64,000 nt of DNA, from assembly GCA_963718615.1 (NCBI GenBank), contig OY970368.1, positions 2,432,001 to 2,496,000 on the forward strand, read 5' to 3'. This stretch comes from an uncultured cyanobacterium (GTDB taxonomy: Bacteria; Cyanobacteriota; Cyanobacteriia; PCC-9006; JAAUQQ01). Both the position numbers and the translations under genes were made by a program. This document shows, piece by piece, positions 39,287 through 49,081 of the stretch. Every line of letters begins with the position of its first letter. Position 1 is the stretch's first letter. Below the pieces are notes generated by a model. That model was not told the DNA's origin. It did no database searches and worked only from the letters and a program-made list of their open reading frames with translations.

Positions 39287-42200
39287 CTATCCCGCAGGTT
39301 GGGGTGCAGGCTCCTCCTGGGAAATGCCCAGCACCTGCGTATATGCGCCTCGTGCCTGGGTCACGCCAATGGTTCGGTGGGCGGCCTCGATCATCGGGCG
39401 GCGGTGGCTGACCACAATAAACTGGGCCTGATCCGACTGTTGCCGAATCAATTGCGAGAGCCGCTCCACGTTTGCCCCATCGAGAAAACTATCCACCTCA
39501 TCAAAGGCATAGAACGGCGAAGGCCGATAGCGCTGGAGCGCGAAGATAAAGCTCAGAGCTGTCAGGGATTTTTCGCCCCCGGACATAGAGGCCAACCGTC
39601 GCACGGCCTTGCCCTTAGGATGGGCTACGAGGTTGAGACCGCCATTGAGCGGATTTTCCGGGTCTTCCAATTGCAGATAGCCCTCGCCCTCGGAAAGCCC
39701 CGCAAAAATTTCCTTGAAGTTTTCGTTGACCGCTTCGTAGGCTTCCATAAAGGCCCGCTGTCGCAGTGTCGTGAAGTTCTCGATGCGCAAGAGCAATTCC
39801 GTGCGTTCCGACTCCAGCGTCGCAAGCTTTTCCCGCAGATCCCCTAACCGTTGCTCCGTGCGTTCGTATTCTTCCAGGGCCAGCATATTGACGGGCTCCA
39901 TGGCCTGGATGCGCTTGGCCAACAGCCGCAGATTGTGCTGGAGTGAGGCGACGCCCTCGGTGCGGGTTTCCTCGGGAATTTCCGGCAGGGGATCCGGAAG
40001 CTCGGCGGCTTGCTCCGTTAAGGTTTGCTCTAGTTCCTGGAGCTGGATGCGTTGTTCTTGCTGGGTTTCCTGGACCTTCTGGAGCTTCCATTCGAGCTGT
40101 TGCTTTTGGCCCTGTTGTTCCCGCAGGAGGCGTTCGGTGCGATCGCGTTCTTCCTTCTCCGACCCCAACTTTTTCTCAATCACTCCCAATTCCGCTTGGA
40201 TTTGACTAATGCGATTCAGTAGCTCATCCCGTTGACGGGCCAAGGATCCCTGAAGCTGAAGCTGCTCAGTTTGTTGCTGGCGCAAGCTTTGCTGCTTTTT
40301 CTGATTTTCCCCGAGGCGTTCCTGAAGCCGCTGAAGCTGATTTTCCAACTCTAGCAACTGTTGCTCAGCGCTACGCAGGGCCAGTTCTCGCTGCTGCAAC
40401 GTCGCTTCCCGCTCCTGAACCAAGCCCTGGCGCTGTTGCCATTCGCTGTGGAGGGGGGATTTTTCTAATTCCGCGAGTTGCTGGCGTAGAGCTTGAAGCT
40501 GTTGGTCTTGCTCGGGCAGATTGCCGCTGAGGGACTGGAGGCGATTTGTGGCGTTGGCTTGGTTGACTCGATTTTTTTCGACGGCCTGTTGAAGCTGTGT
40601 TTGTTGCTGGCTAAGCCGACTGAGGAGGGTTTGGGCCTGTTCCGACTGGAACTGCTGGGTGCGGTGTTGGTCGCGGACTTGGGTGAGGGTTTGGGTGCGA
40701 TCGCGCAGTTTCTCCGAGAGACCTTGGATGGTGCGATCGCAATGACTCAAAATTCGCTCGATTTCTTGAAGTCGCGATCGCAACTGCTGAACTTCCTCAG
40801 AATCACTAGCTTCCGCATTACCAAAGGAAAGCCCCCCGGACTGGTGCCTGACGCTGCCGCCGGTCATGGCTCCGCTGGCTTCGAGCAGATCACCTTCCAG
40901 CGTGACGATCCGATAGCGGCCCATGTTGCGACGGGCCAAATTGATAGTTTGAAAAACGACGGTGTTGCCGAGTAAATAGCTAAAAATATCGCGATAGGCG
41001 GCGTCGCATGTCACCAGATTGACCGCGTGGTCGATAAAGCCCTCGGGTTGCTGCCAAGCGGCAATCTCGGCGAGTTTACCGGGGCGAATTTTGTTCATGG
41101 GCAAGAACGTTGCCCGTCCGCCTCGCTGGCGCTTGAGCAGTTCAATCCCGGCGGCGGCGACGCTATCATCTTCCACGACAATAAAGCCCAACCGACCCCC
41201 CACCGCTGTTTCCAGCGCCAGCCGATAGCGCGGTTCCACCTGGCCCAACTCCGCCACAATGCCGCAGACCCCCGAAATCCCCGCTTGCATGATGATGCGA
41301 CTGGCCTGGGTGCCCTGGGTTTCCTGAATGGCTTGGGTCATGCTTTCCAGTTTGTCGAGCTGGCGCTGTTTCTCCCGCTGTTCCCGCAGCAACCGGGTTT
41401 GGGTTTCCTGCTGGAGTTTGAGCTCCTGCTCCGTGACAGCGACGGCGCTGGCGGCTTCTCCCACCTGTTCGGCGAGGCGATCGCGCCCTTTCAATCCCTC
41501 TTCTACTTTTGTTCGCTGAGCGACTAACTCCTGCTCAATGCGCGTCAGCTCCGCCTCCTGTTCCGCTAGCTGCGTGCTCAACTGTTGTGCCCGTTCTTGG
41601 AGCTGGGCTTGCTCGGTGCGTTGGGGATTGAGGGTTTGAGTAATTTGGTCGATTTGTTGCCGCAGAGCCTGCTGTTGTTGGACCCAGGCTTGGGATTCCG
41701 TGGCGATGGCATTGGCCGCATTGCGGCTATTTTCTAGCTCCGCTTGGGCATGATTGCGCTGGGTTTGTAGATCAATAATGGCACTACGTTGTTGAGGCAA
41801 CTGGGCCTGCTGAAGCGTCCTGAGATGACGCTCGTACTCTTCCTGTTCCGTCTGGCTAGCGGAGAGTTGTTCCAGTAGTTTACGATTCGATTCCTCTAGC
41901 TCCCGCTGTTGCCGTTCAAGCTGGCGCTGTTCCGCCTGGTGGGTGGCAAGATCAGACTGAAGCTTGAGCAGATCCGCTTCGCCCAGCGCTTTAACACGGG
42001 CGTTGAGTTCGTCCAGGGTGCGGGCGGTCACTGTGATGGTTTCACCCGTGGACTGGATTTGTTGATTGAGGTCTGTTTGTTGACGGTCGGCGGCGGCGAT
42101 CGCCGCCGTCAGCTTAGTCGCCTGCTGCTTCCCCTCTTCCCAAATCAGCACCGCTTCCCACTTCTGCTGAGCTTCGAGCTGTTGCCGCAGTTGCTTGTAC

Positions 42201-42922
42201 TTTTCAGCTTTAATCCGGTCCTTAGCCAAGCGCTGGAGCTGTTCTTCCAGTTCCCGCTCGACAATATGGCAGCGTTCCTCTCGATCCTTGACAGCCTCCA
42301 ATTTTTCCATGGCCTGACGGATCTTGCGATCGAACTGAGCCACCCCAGCCATTTCATCAATGATCTCCCGCCGTTCACGGGCATGCATTGAGATAATTCC
42401 GGTTACATCCCCCTGCAACACAATGTTGTAGCCTTCTGCATAAATCCGCAGTCGTCGGAGTTGGTCGTGGAGTTGGGTGAGCGTACAGGGTTCACTATTG
42501 ATGTAATAACTAGACGTGTAGGTCCCCTGGGGCGTCACGCGCAGTCGTCGGGTCACATTCCATTCCTCTAGACCCGGTTTGACCGCCACCTTGCGGAGAA
42601 ATTCATCGGTTTCGTCTTCAGGATCTGCCGGTAGTTCATCCTCGGCGGTCCAATCCGTTAAACAAAATGTTGCTGTGACGGTTGCTTCAACGGTTTGACG
42701 GCTGCGGGTGGCATAGGCTTGGTTGACCAAATCCGGCAGGCGATCGGCCCGCATACCCTTGGATGACGACAGGCCCAAGGCAAACATGAGGCCATCCAAA
42801 ATATTCGATTTCCCCGATCCATTTGGCCCTGTGACGACAGTAAAGCCTGTCAGCAAGGGAACATCCGCCGTGCCGCCAAAGGACTTGAAATGGGAAAGTT
42901 GGACGCGCTTAATGTAAACCAA
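39287..42922 (-). CDS. smc: Chromosome segregation protein SMC
   Basis: FKSF, GPNGSGKSN, coiled coils, hinge GRATFLP, MSGGEKS, FDEVD. Confidence 0.97.
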   Translation of the reverse strand: MVYIKRVQLSHFKSFGGTADVPLLTGFTVVTGPNGSGKSNILDGLMFALGLSSSKGMRADRLPDLVNQAYATRSRQTVEATVTATFCLTDWTAEDELPADPEDETDEFLRKVAVKPGLEEWNVTRRLRVTPQGTYTSSYYINSEPCTLTQLHDQLRRLRIYAEGYNIVLQGDVTGIISMHARERREIIDEMAGVAQFDRKIRQAMEKLEAVKDREERCHIVERELEEQLQRLAKDRIKAEKYKQLRQQLEAQQKWEAVLIWEEGKQQATKLTAAIAAADRQQTDLNQQIQSTGETITVTARTLDELNARVKALGEADLLKLQSDLATHQAEQRQLERQQRELEESNRKLLEQLSASQTEQEEYERHLRTLQQAQLPQQRSAIIDLQTQRNHAQAELENSRNAANAIATESQAWVQQQQALRQQIDQITQTLNPQRTEQAQLQERAQQLSTQLAEQEAELTRIEQELVAQRTKVEEGLKGRDRLAEQVGEAASAVAVTEQELKLQQETQTRLLREQREKQRQLDKLESMTQAIQETQGTQASRIIMQAGISGVCGIVAELGQVEPRYRLALETAVGGRLGFIVVEDDSVAAAGIELLKRQRGGRATFLPMNKIRPGKLAEIAAWQQPEGFIDHAVNLVTCDAAYRDIFSYLLGNTVVFQTINLARRNMGRYRIVTLEGDLLEASGAMTGGSVRHQSGGLSFGNAEASDSEEVQQLRSRLQEIERILSHCDRTIQGLSEKLRDRTQTLTQVRDQHRTQQFQSEQAQTLLSRLSQQQTQLQQAVEKNRVNQANATNRLQSLSGNLPEQDQQLQALRQQLAELEKSPLHSEWQQRQGLVQEREATLQQRELALRSAEQQLLELENQLQRLQERLGENQKKQQSLRQQQTEQLQLQGSLARQRDELLNRISQIQAELGVIEKKLGSEKEERDRTERLLREQQGQKQQLEWKLQKVQETQQEQRIQLQELEQTLTEQAAELPDPLPEIPEETRTEGVASLQHNLRLLAKRIQAMEPVNMLALEEYERTEQRLGDLREKLATLESERTELLLRIENFTTLRQRAFMEAYEAVNENFKEIFAGLSEGEGYLQLEDPENPLNGGLNLVAHPKGKAVRRLASMSGGEKSLTALSFIFALQRYRPSPFYAFDEVDSFLDGANVERLSQLIRQQSDQAQFIVVSHRRPMIEAAHRTIGVTQARGAYTQVLGISQEEPAPQPAG

Positions 42923-43082
42923 TGGGGACCGGGAAATTCAGTTGAGAAGGGGTCTGGGGTTGAGTGTAGAACAAATGTCGCGCTCTGCCCAGCGTTGGTA
43001 TAAAAAATGTCTGTTAGTTCTAGTGTCTGTGGGTGGAATATCTTTGAGCTCCAATAACCTTGAATTCCAATGACCTTGAGAT

Positions 43083-43904
43083 CTAGGGCTCAGTCGGCGT
43101 CACAATTCGGAAATTGCCATTCTCATCCGGTTCAATCCGTCCGCCGAGCGCCTCAATCCGCTGAATGGCAACGGCTTGGGTGCCTTTATCCAGGGCGGAA
43201 CTGAGGACCATGGACCAAGCGCTAATTTGGGCGGCGGTGCTGTTAGGATTTTGATCGAGGAACTGTGCCGTTTTCAGTGAAGTTGCCGCAACGGCTTGGC
43301 TTTCTGGATCCTCATAGGTGCTGGCCCAGGCTGCCGCTTGCCGAAAGGAGGCTTTTGCTGCCGCTGTATCTCCCAAAAAGAGCAATTCATCAACGGCTTT
43401 GTACCGCCAAATATAGTAGGCGCGATCGGGAATTTGGGGCGAGAGTTGAGGCAGATGCTGATTCATAATCGCGATGGTGCGCTCGGGCTGTCCTGCATAC
43501 ATTGAGGTGCTCCCGGACAAAAAGAAGTAGCCTTCTCTAAAATAGGGATCGCGATCAAGAATGATGTCAAAATAATCCGGACTCAGGGCATAACTGGTAC
43601 GTTCTCGGGCTTGGTCATCGCCAAAATATTGGAGAAATTTGAGAAAGACCCAGTCGCCATAGAGATTGCGAAATCCTAGATCTGGCAATTGTTTTAATAA
43701 CGCCAACTGCTGTTTTTCTTGCTCAACGGCTTGATCTAACGCCTCTTGGCTAACTTGATCGGCATTTTGGGTAAGCGATCGCAAGCGCACACCCTGCAAC
43801 GCCCCAATGAGCAGGGCAGCGGCGATCGCCAAGCCCCAGGCTCCTAGCCATCCCGGCCAAGTTTTCCCACCGCCAATGTTCTGACTGCTGTTCTGACTGA
43901 CCAT
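43083..43904 (-). CDS. Conserved cyanobacterial hypothetical membrane-anchored helical protein
   Basis: N-terminal TM; GFRNLYGDW.FL.FLQYFGD motif. Confidence 0.7.
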   Translation of the reverse strand: MVSQNSSQNIGGGKTWPGWLGAWGLAIAAALLIGALQGVRLRSLTQNADQVSQEALDQAVEQEKQQLALLKQLPDLGFRNLYGDWVFLKFLQYFGDDQARERTSYALSPDYFDIILDRDPYFREGYFFLSGSTSMYAGQPERTIAIMNQHLPQLSPQIPDRAYYIWRYKAVDELLFLGDTAAAKASFRQAAAWASTYEDPESQAVAATSLKTAQFLDQNPNSTAAQISAWSMVLSSALDKGTQAVAIQRIEALGGRIEPDENGNFRIVTPTEP

Positions 43905-43908
43905 TGCG

Positions 43909-44487
43909 TTACGGATTGCCCCCTACAGCATTTTGATCTCGACGCGATCGCCCGCCTTGAGGCCCAACTCTGGCAGCCCGTCCGCCCCGCAATTCAATCA
44001 CCTGATCAACCCAGCCCCCTGGCCCATAGGTCGCGCAAGGCTCGCTGGTACAGGGCGGTACATCGGCTTCAATGCCGACAATTTTTCCTTGGTAAAGAAA
44101 CACCATATCTAGGGGAATAACGACATTTTTCATCCAAAACCGAACCGTACGGGCTGGATTAAACGAAAACAACATACCGCGATCATCCGGCAGATTTTCC
44201 CGATACATCAACCCTAGGGCTTGTTCTTCGGGCGATCGCGTCACCTCCAATTCAACGGTTTTACCCCCCAAGACCGTCATTGCGCCCACGGGCAGAGCCT
44301 GGGCAAAGCTGGAAGAGGCAGGTTTAGCAGAAGCAGGTGTTGATACCGTTGATTCTGGTGTCGTTACTCCTGACGTCGTAGACGGCGAGGTAGTGTTTGG
44401 AGCTTGGGCGTTGGTACATCCCATCAACAGCAGACCTAAGCCCATCAAGCTGATTAAGCCTAAACTTTTAACTTTCGCGAAGCACAT
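43909..44487 (-). CDS. DUF192 family lipoprotein (C-terminal frameshift)
   Basis: LLMGC lipobox, GLMYR..L...GMLF, FWMKN..IPLD, VIEL.GG. Confidence 0.88.
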   Translation of the reverse strand: MCFAKVKSLGLISLMGLGLLLMGCTNAQAPNTTSPSTTSGVTTPESTVSTPASAKPASSSFAQALPVGAMTVLGGKTVELEVTRSPEEQALGLMYRENLPDDRGMLFSFNPARTVRFWMKNVVIPLDMVFLYQGKIVGIEADVPPCTSEPCATYGPGGWVDQVIELRGGRAARVGPQGGRSRRDQNAVGGNP

Positions 44488-45157
44488 AGCCCACTCCCCG
44501 TACGGTTTGAATCAGACGTTTGCCGCCCGCTTCCTCTAGCTTGAGGCGCAGGTATCGAATATACACCTCGATGACATTGGACTCACCCAAAAAGTCATAG
44601 CCCCAAACGTTTTCTAAAATTTGCTCCCGCGCCAGCACTTCTCGGGGATGTTCCATCAGGTACTTCAGTAGCTCAAATTCCTTCATGGTGAGCTCAATCG
44701 GCTGATTGTCCCGCAGGGCGCGGCGGGTTGACAGATCGAGCGTTAGATCTTCAAAACGCAACTGCTCACGGGTTTGAGGCTCTGATTGGAGATAGAGGCG
44801 AATGCGACAGAGCAACTCTTCGCTGCGGTAGGGCTTGAGACAATAGTCATCGGCCCCCGCTTCCAAACAGGCCACCCGGTCTTCAACCCCATCCCGTGCC
44901 ATCAGCATTAAAACTGGGGCAACCAGCCCCAGTCGCCGCATTTGCTGACAGAGCTTGAGGCCCGAGTCGCCCCCTAACATGCGATCGATCATGACGAGAT
45001 CCGGGGGTTGCTGGCTGGCTAGCTGGAGCCCTCGCTGAAAGTCCTCGGCAAGGAGGGCTTCATAGCCAACATCGCTTAAATCTAAGCCAATTTGTTTGGC
45101 TAAAGCCATCTCAGTCTCAACGATCAAAACCCGTTGTTTTTCTCGCGGTCGATCCAT
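44468..45157 (-). CDS. nblR: OmpR-family response regulator NblR
   Basis: Atypical receiver (VLIVETE, LMLMARD..EDRVACLEAGADDY) and C-terminal NVIEVYIRYLRLK, as in NblR; adjacent to NAD kinase. Confidence 0.88.
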   Translation of the reverse strand: MDRPREKQRVLIVETEMALAKQIGLDLSDVGYEALLAEDFQRGLQLASQQPPDLVMIDRMLGGDSGLKLCQQMRRLGLVAPVLMLMARDGVEDRVACLEAGADDYCLKPYRSEELLCRIRLYLQSEPQTREQLRFEDLTLDLSTRRALRDNQPIELTMKEFELLKYLMEHPREVLAREQILENVWGYDFLGESNVIEVYIRYLRLKLEEAGGKRLIQTVRGVGYVLRES

Positions 45158-45188
45158 AGCGGTCTCCTGGGGCGAAGGAAGTCCTGCT

Positions 45189-46106
45189 TTAGGGTAATTC
45201 AACCGACGTCGGTTTTGCGATATGGGGAAGGCCCCACCCCAATTTCTCCCGTAGAATCCGGAAAAATTCAGGGGGTTCGAGACGGATAAAGCGAGCGGAA
45301 TAGGGCGATCGCTCCACCTGCACCCGATACTCGGGCAGAACAGAGCAGCCCGCATTGCCATCGACCACCATCACCATGGGGTCTGGGTTTGCCGGAAAAA
45401 TAGTTACCGGCTCTGTGTTGGCAAAGACCAGCGCCCGCGACGCTAGGGAATGGGGACACATGGGTACCAACTGGAGTACGGGGACTCCCGGTGTCACGAC
45501 TGGCCCCCCGGCACTGAGGGAATAGGCGGTTGAGCCAGTCGGGGTGGAGAGAATCACGCCGTCAGCAGCAATATCGACAGGGGCATGACGCCCGATTTGA
45601 ATCTCGAAATGACACATGCTGGTCAGGGGTTCGCGATGGAGAACCATTTCGTTCAGGCATAGAGCCTCCCAGCACACCCGCTCTCGATGCATCAAACGGA
45701 CAGTGAGCAACGTTCGCTGTTCCACCGAATATTGACCCTGAACGAGGGCTTCGATGGCTTGGGGCAGATTGTTCACATAGGTTTCAGTAATGAACCCCAT
45801 ATGGCCCGTGTTCACCGCCAAAATAGGAATCCCTGCCGGAGCCACTAGACGACAGGCCGACAGAACGGTCCCGTCTCCTCCGAGGACAATAACAAATTCC
45901 ATTTCGCCATCGACCCCTACAGGAACAAGGGAATCAATCGCTTGCCAAGCCGAGGCATCCTCAGGATGGACGTGGCCTAAAATCCCAGCACGACCATCCA
46001 GGATCAAGACGGTGTAGCCTTTGTGCTGGAAGTACGTTTCTAAATCCTTAGCAGCGCGACAGGCCACAGGCTTGCTGTCGTTATAGATGATACCGACCTT
46101 TGGCAC
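45189..46106 (-). CDS. nadK: NAD(+) kinase
   Basis: [28 protein letters not shown]. Confidence 0.95.
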   Translation of the reverse strand: MPKVGIIYNDSKPVACRAAKDLETYFQHKGYTVLILDGRAGILGHVHPEDASAWQAIDSLVPVGVDGEMEFVIVLGGDGTVLSACRLVAPAGIPILAVNTGHMGFITETYVNNLPQAIEALVQGQYSVEQRTLLTVRLMHRERVCWEALCLNEMVLHREPLTSMCHFEIQIGRHAPVDIAADGVILSTPTGSTAYSLSAGGPVVTPGVPVLQLVPMCPHSLASRALVFANTEPVTIFPANPDPMVMVVDGNAGCSVLPEYRVQVERSPYSARFIRLEPPEFFRILREKLGWGLPHIAKPTSVELP

Positions 46107-46221
46107 GTGGGTCCCTTGGCTCCCGAATGAAGATTAGACAGGGCCACTCATGAGGTGAGCGAAAAGTTAACGTGATTGTATCTCATTGCTTTTGGTACAA
46201 ATTGCTTTTGGAAAAAAGCCG

Positions 46222-47178
46222 CTAGAAGGGCAGCTTTTTCTTTTTATCCTTACGGCTGTCAAAGTTTAGTTCTTTGAGCTTTTTCATAATCCGACTAAAG
46301 TACTCTTCCAGGTATCCCTCTAGGGTCGAAGTTTCATTGGGATCCAGCCCAAAGGTCTCGTAGACCGAAGCCATGTCGGCATCTAGGGCTTTGCCTGTGG
46401 TAATCACATCGGTGAAGGCCAGTCGATCCGAAAGATTTTTTCCCCATTTGAAGAAACCCACCACTTTGCGGACAAACCGAACAGTCTCCGAGGGCATGCG
46501 CGCAATTTTGGCATCTTGACCAGCTAGACGCTCGCAGAGTCGGATAATTTCGTATCCTCCCCAAGCACGGGGACCCACGAGGGGAAAAGTTTGGTTTTCG
46601 GTGGCGGGAACAGCCAAGGCCCGGATGGTAAATTTGGCGATGTCTTGGGTGTCCATATAGGCGATCGGACTGGCTTCGCCGGTAACCCACACAGTCTGCC
46701 GCTCCAGTACAGGGATGGCGTATTGACTAATCAGCCCTTGCATAAAGGCGCTGAGGCGAAAAATGGTGTATTTTAGGCCAGACTCGGCCAGAAAGGCTTC
46801 GGTGCAGGCTTTGATATCCATCAAGGGCACTTGAGGATATTGATCGGCATCCAGAATCGAGAAAAAGATAAAGCGCTCAACCTTGGCTTCCGTAGCGGCT
46901 TTAATCAGGGCAACTTGGCCCTCCCAGTCTACCGCGCGAGCGGCTTCCGTGGGCCGAGCGGTAGCGGCGTCGATGACGACATTGATTCCTTCTAGGGCGT
47001 AAAACAAGGACTCGGCCTGAGTCAAATCCCCCCGCACCAGATCAGCCCCCCATTCTCGCAAAAAGGCGGCTTTCTTTGGACTCCTCACCAGACACCGAAC
47101 CTGGTGTCCCTCATCCAGGGCGCGACGGACGATTTGCCTTCCGAGAGTGCCGGTGGCTCCGACAACAAGAATAGTCAT
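46222..47178 (-). CDS. ycf39: Ycf39/HCF244 atypical SDR (PSII assembly)
   Basis: GATGTLGRQIVRRALDEG, FLREWGA, AYMDTQDIAKF, LE.YL.EYFSRI.KKLK. Confidence 0.9.
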   Translation of the reverse strand: MTILVVGATGTLGRQIVRRALDEGHQVRCLVRSPKKAAFLREWGADLVRGDLTQAESLFYALEGINVVIDAATARPTEAARAVDWEGQVALIKAATEAKVERFIFFSILDADQYPQVPLMDIKACTEAFLAESGLKYTIFRLSAFMQGLISQYAIPVLERQTVWVTGEASPIAYMDTQDIAKFTIRALAVPATENQTFPLVGPRAWGGYEIIRLCERLAGQDAKIARMPSETVRFVRKVVGFFKWGKNLSDRLAFTDVITTGKALDADMASVYETFGLDPNETSTLEGYLEEYFSRIMKKLKELNFDSRKDKKKKLPF

Positions 47179-47541
47179 GAGGGAGGGTCAGAAAGAGTGA
47201 GTTTCGTAAACTTTTGTAATAGCTTATCAGAATTTGTTGATTTTCTCCGTCCTTCGCTGGTGCGATCGCCAATTTTTTGCGGCTTAAGGGCTACCTCAAT
47301 CACGGTGCTGATAAGGCAAGCAGCAAAGATTAAGCAATATGAATGATTGGTTTGGTTGGAGTCGAGCGGAAGTCTAGCTGAGACCTTCGTTTGGCTGTGA
47401 GCGCTCAAGAATCTTGATAGAACAGCGTAAAGGGAGGCAAAGACCCTTGCTTTGCCTCCCCTATTCTTGGTTTATGAGTCGGTAGTTGGGTGTTGATGGT
47501 TAGAACACGACTACGATTTACGCTTGGGTTAACGGTTGGAT

Positions 47542-47649
47542 TTACTCTTTCTCGACGCCCTGAATTTTCAGCAGTGCAGCCCCCAAAAATAAGCCAATGG
47601 GGATGATGATCCAAAAGACGGCTGCGGTTCCAAAAATCTCTCCACCCAT
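47542..47649 (-). CDS. petM: Cytochrome b6f subunit VII
   Basis: Below the ORF-track cutoff; manual translation [35 protein letters not shown]; upstream of ycf39. Confidence 0.92.
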   Translation of the reverse strand: MGGEIFGTAAVFWIIIPIGLFLGAALLKIQGVEKE

Positions 47650-47770
47650 GGGGTTATCTTCCTCTTCTAATATTTTGAATTGAATGGGATGGGTTCAGGC
47701 GCGATCGCCCGCCACTAAAACCTTATTCTACGGCAGGGTGGTGTTTGTTGAGGTGTACAGGAGCAAAACC

Positions 47771-48637
47771 ATGGAACGAATCAAAGCGGTGATCTCGCCG
47801 GCGGAATTGCGAGAACAGTTGGGACAATCGCAGATTGTCGTGGTGGACTGTCGATTTGCGTTGGGGGATCCCGATTGGGGGCGATCGCAATACCTCCAGT
47901 CCCATATTCCGGGGGCTTACTATCTCGACCTTAATCAAGATTTAGCGGGTCCAGTTCAAGCCCATGGGGGACGTCATCCGTTGCCAGATTTAGCCCAATT
48001 TTCCCAAACCCTAGCGGAGATGGGGATTGGGCCTGAGACTTTGGTGGTGGCCTACGATGATTTTCGTTTTGCGTTTGCGGCGCGACTGTGGTGGCTATTG
48101 CGCTATGGGGGCCATGAACGGGTGACGGTGTTGGATGGCGGGTGGTTGGGCTGGCTGGCGGCTGATTATCCGACTGCGGCGGAGGTGCCAGAACGCTTGT
48201 CTGTGGGGGCGATCGCCTCTAACCCCCTTGAATTTCTCCAACCCAATGCAGTTCGTGAAGCGATGGTCGTCGATGTGACAACCGTTCAAGACCGCAAGGA
48301 TTTAGCCGAGGTTGTCCTGATCGATTCCCGTGCTCCTGAACGTTACCGAGGTGAACAGGAACCCATTGACCCGGTGGCAGGGCATATTCCGGGGGCGGTG
48401 AATTATTTTTGGCAGAGGGTCACTGACGAACAGGGTTGGGTCAGATCGGAGGCCGAGCTGCGCGAGCACTGGTCAAAGCTGCCGGAGGCCGAAGAGATTT
48501 TGGTGTACTGCGGTTCAGGGGTGACGGCCTGTGTCAATCTGTTGGCATTGGACCTGGCGGGGATTCACCACGGCAAGCTCTATCCCGGTAGCTGGAGCGA
48601 CTGGTGCTCCTACGGTCTGGAGTCTGCCACAGAATAA
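47771..48637 (+). CDS. Two-domain rhodanese sulfurtransferase (SseA-like)
   Basis: HIPGA x2, GRHPLP, YCGSGVTAC, LYPGSWSDW. Confidence 0.92.
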   Translation: MERIKAVISPAELREQLGQSQIVVVDCRFALGDPDWGRSQYLQSHIPGAYYLDLNQDLAGPVQAHGGRHPLPDLAQFSQTLAEMGIGPETLVVAYDDFRFAFAARLWWLLRYGGHERVTVLDGGWLGWLAADYPTAAEVPERLSVGAIASNPLEFLQPNAVREAMVVDVTTVQDRKDLAEVVLIDSRAPERYRGEQEPIDPVAGHIPGAVNYFWQRVTDEQGWVRSEAELREHWSKLPEAEEILVYCGSGVTACVNLLALDLAGIHHGKLYPGSWSDWCSYGLESATE

Positions 48638-48990
48638 TGGACTGAATCAGAGGCCGAATCAGATAGGCTTGAGGCTCTGTGGTGGTTACTCTGGGTCTGA
48701 ACCCGCCATTGGCCTGTGGGGGGGCCGGGTCCATCGACGACTAAGCGCAATTCCAGCCCTGGCCACTGGCCGCGCTTCATGGCAGCGAGGGTTGCTCGGG
48801 CGGTGTCTGCCTTCATGGGGGGCAGCTCTTGCTCAATATCTTCCGCAGAACGCCATTGTCCATCCTTGAGCAAATGGGCAATATCCACGGCATTGCGGCA
48901 ACTGCGGAGCAGCGCCTCCCGATGGGCAAAGATGTCAGGCTGGCTCAGAAAGGGTGTCAGGGCCGTGATTCGGTCGAAAGTAGCTTTCAT
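48610..48990 (-). CDS. Hypothetical protein (possible HTH)
   Basis: 126-aa ORF downstream of uvrB, no firm motif. Confidence 0.45.
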   Translation of the reverse strand: MKATFDRITALTPFLSQPDIFAHREALLRSCRNAVDIAHLLKDGQWRSAEDIEQELPPMKADTARATLAAMKRGQWPGLELRLVVDGPGPPTGQWRVQTQSNHHRASSLSDSASDSVHYSVADSRP

Positions 48991-49081
48991 GTGCCTAGTG
49001 TAGAAGACTGGTGTAACGGGATTGGTCGGCCAAGAGGTAGAAATTGGGGCGATCGCCTGCGTCGTTGAACGCCTTCATGCT

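Noticed and set aside
39299-42917. Many antisense and alternate-frame ORFs over smc
   Set aside because: Shadows of a long GC-rich coiled-coil gene
45158-45361. N-terminal extension of NblR in the ORF track (similar cases: hli, the RsbW-like kinase, CIA30, epimerase)
   Set aside because: Overlaps a neighbouring gene or lacks family similarity; downstream ATGs fit family lengths
47175-47614. 77-aa and 69-aa minus-strand ORFs
   Set aside because: The real gene here is the 35-aa petM in another frame
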